A program made the translations under genes and the position numbers. Below, piece by piece: positions 63,331 to 64,000 of a DNA stretch of 64,000 bases (positions are counted from its first letter, which is position 1; each line of letters begins with the position of its first letter). The stretch is taken from assembly GCF_009834535.1 (NCBI RefSeq), contig NC_045697.1, positions 38,504,001-38,568,000 of the forward strand. The letters run 5' to 3'. The stretch comes from Camelus ferus. Lineage: Eukaryota. The notes beneath the pieces are model-generated. The model had not been told where the DNA came from. It made no database searches and worked only from the letters and a program-made list of their open reading frames with translations.

Positions 63331-64000
63331 TAAAACGTTGATTTTAAATTACAAGTAATTTCTTTTCTCCATCTCCTCTTATCATTATGCTGGGAGAGCT
63401 GGGGTGTTAGAGGACTGTCAACAGCTCTCTAATTAGGACCTGAGAAAAACCTGCTGTACTTTCCTGGCTGGTGAGTTTCCCTTCATGAGACAGATGACAG
63501 TTTAGAATTAAGTTATTTAATTTGCAAGCATTTGAAACCTTCAGTTTTACCTTATTTCAGTCCTATCCTGAGGCTCAATCTCCTCCGGCACCCTCTCCCC
63601 ACACCCTGACCTCCAGTTTATGTCTTGTCTAGCAGTCTGGACACCAATTTATCCCATTATCCAAATGAACCTGTAATTGATATTTTGGCATTGGGATACT
63701 AGGGATTATATTGCTGGCCTCAGTGACAAAGCATAATCTCCCCCCAGGGAGATAAATGATACCAGCCGTTGAAGATGAAAATTTGAGAAATACTTTACAC
63801 TCTCCTCTGTTAGGGAGGCTGATCCCTGTCCCTCCTCCCTGCTCTCCCTGGTGAAAGAGAGGCTGCTCAGGGAGGGCTCTGGGATGCAGACAGCGGAGGC
63901 TTGAAATGAGATTCCTCTCTCCATCTGCCGGACGTAACCCAAGATGAGTTGCACGGATGAAGCTGGCAGAGAAATGGGGGGACTGGATGGCCAGCAAGGT

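Overview
Mammalian nuclear DNA, AT-rich and repeat-dense. It is most likely camelid (camel/alpaca/llama): it carries seven copies of a tRNA-Ala(AGC)-derived vic-1-type SINE plus young cetartiodactyl-type L1 3' ends. I find no credible protein-coding exon. The ORF track is chance ORFs and transposon remnants. Much of the window is interspersed repeat (old and young L1, HAL1, L2, MIR, MaLR and ERV1-type solo LTRs, hAT and Tigger DNA transposons). L1 and LTR copies lie mostly on the minus strand, suggesting a large intron of a plus-strand gene I cannot name. The best-supported oddity is a stack at 52.2-54.6 kb: a fossil hAT/Charlie transposase holds a SINE, which holds a tailless 5' U6 fragment, whose junction was then hit by an L1 3' end; the three retroposon insertions each have a readable target-site duplication (TSD). 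Other points: a poly(A)-only insertion, a 45-bp micro-L1, a templated inversion, a cluster of plus-strand hairpins beside a candidate non-coding exon and poly(A) site at 2.4-2.8 kb, and a well-bounded candidate non-coding exon at 59138-59283. I see no convincing new biological system. Repeat subfamily names are from recalled consensus sequences, and edges of old repeats are approximate.
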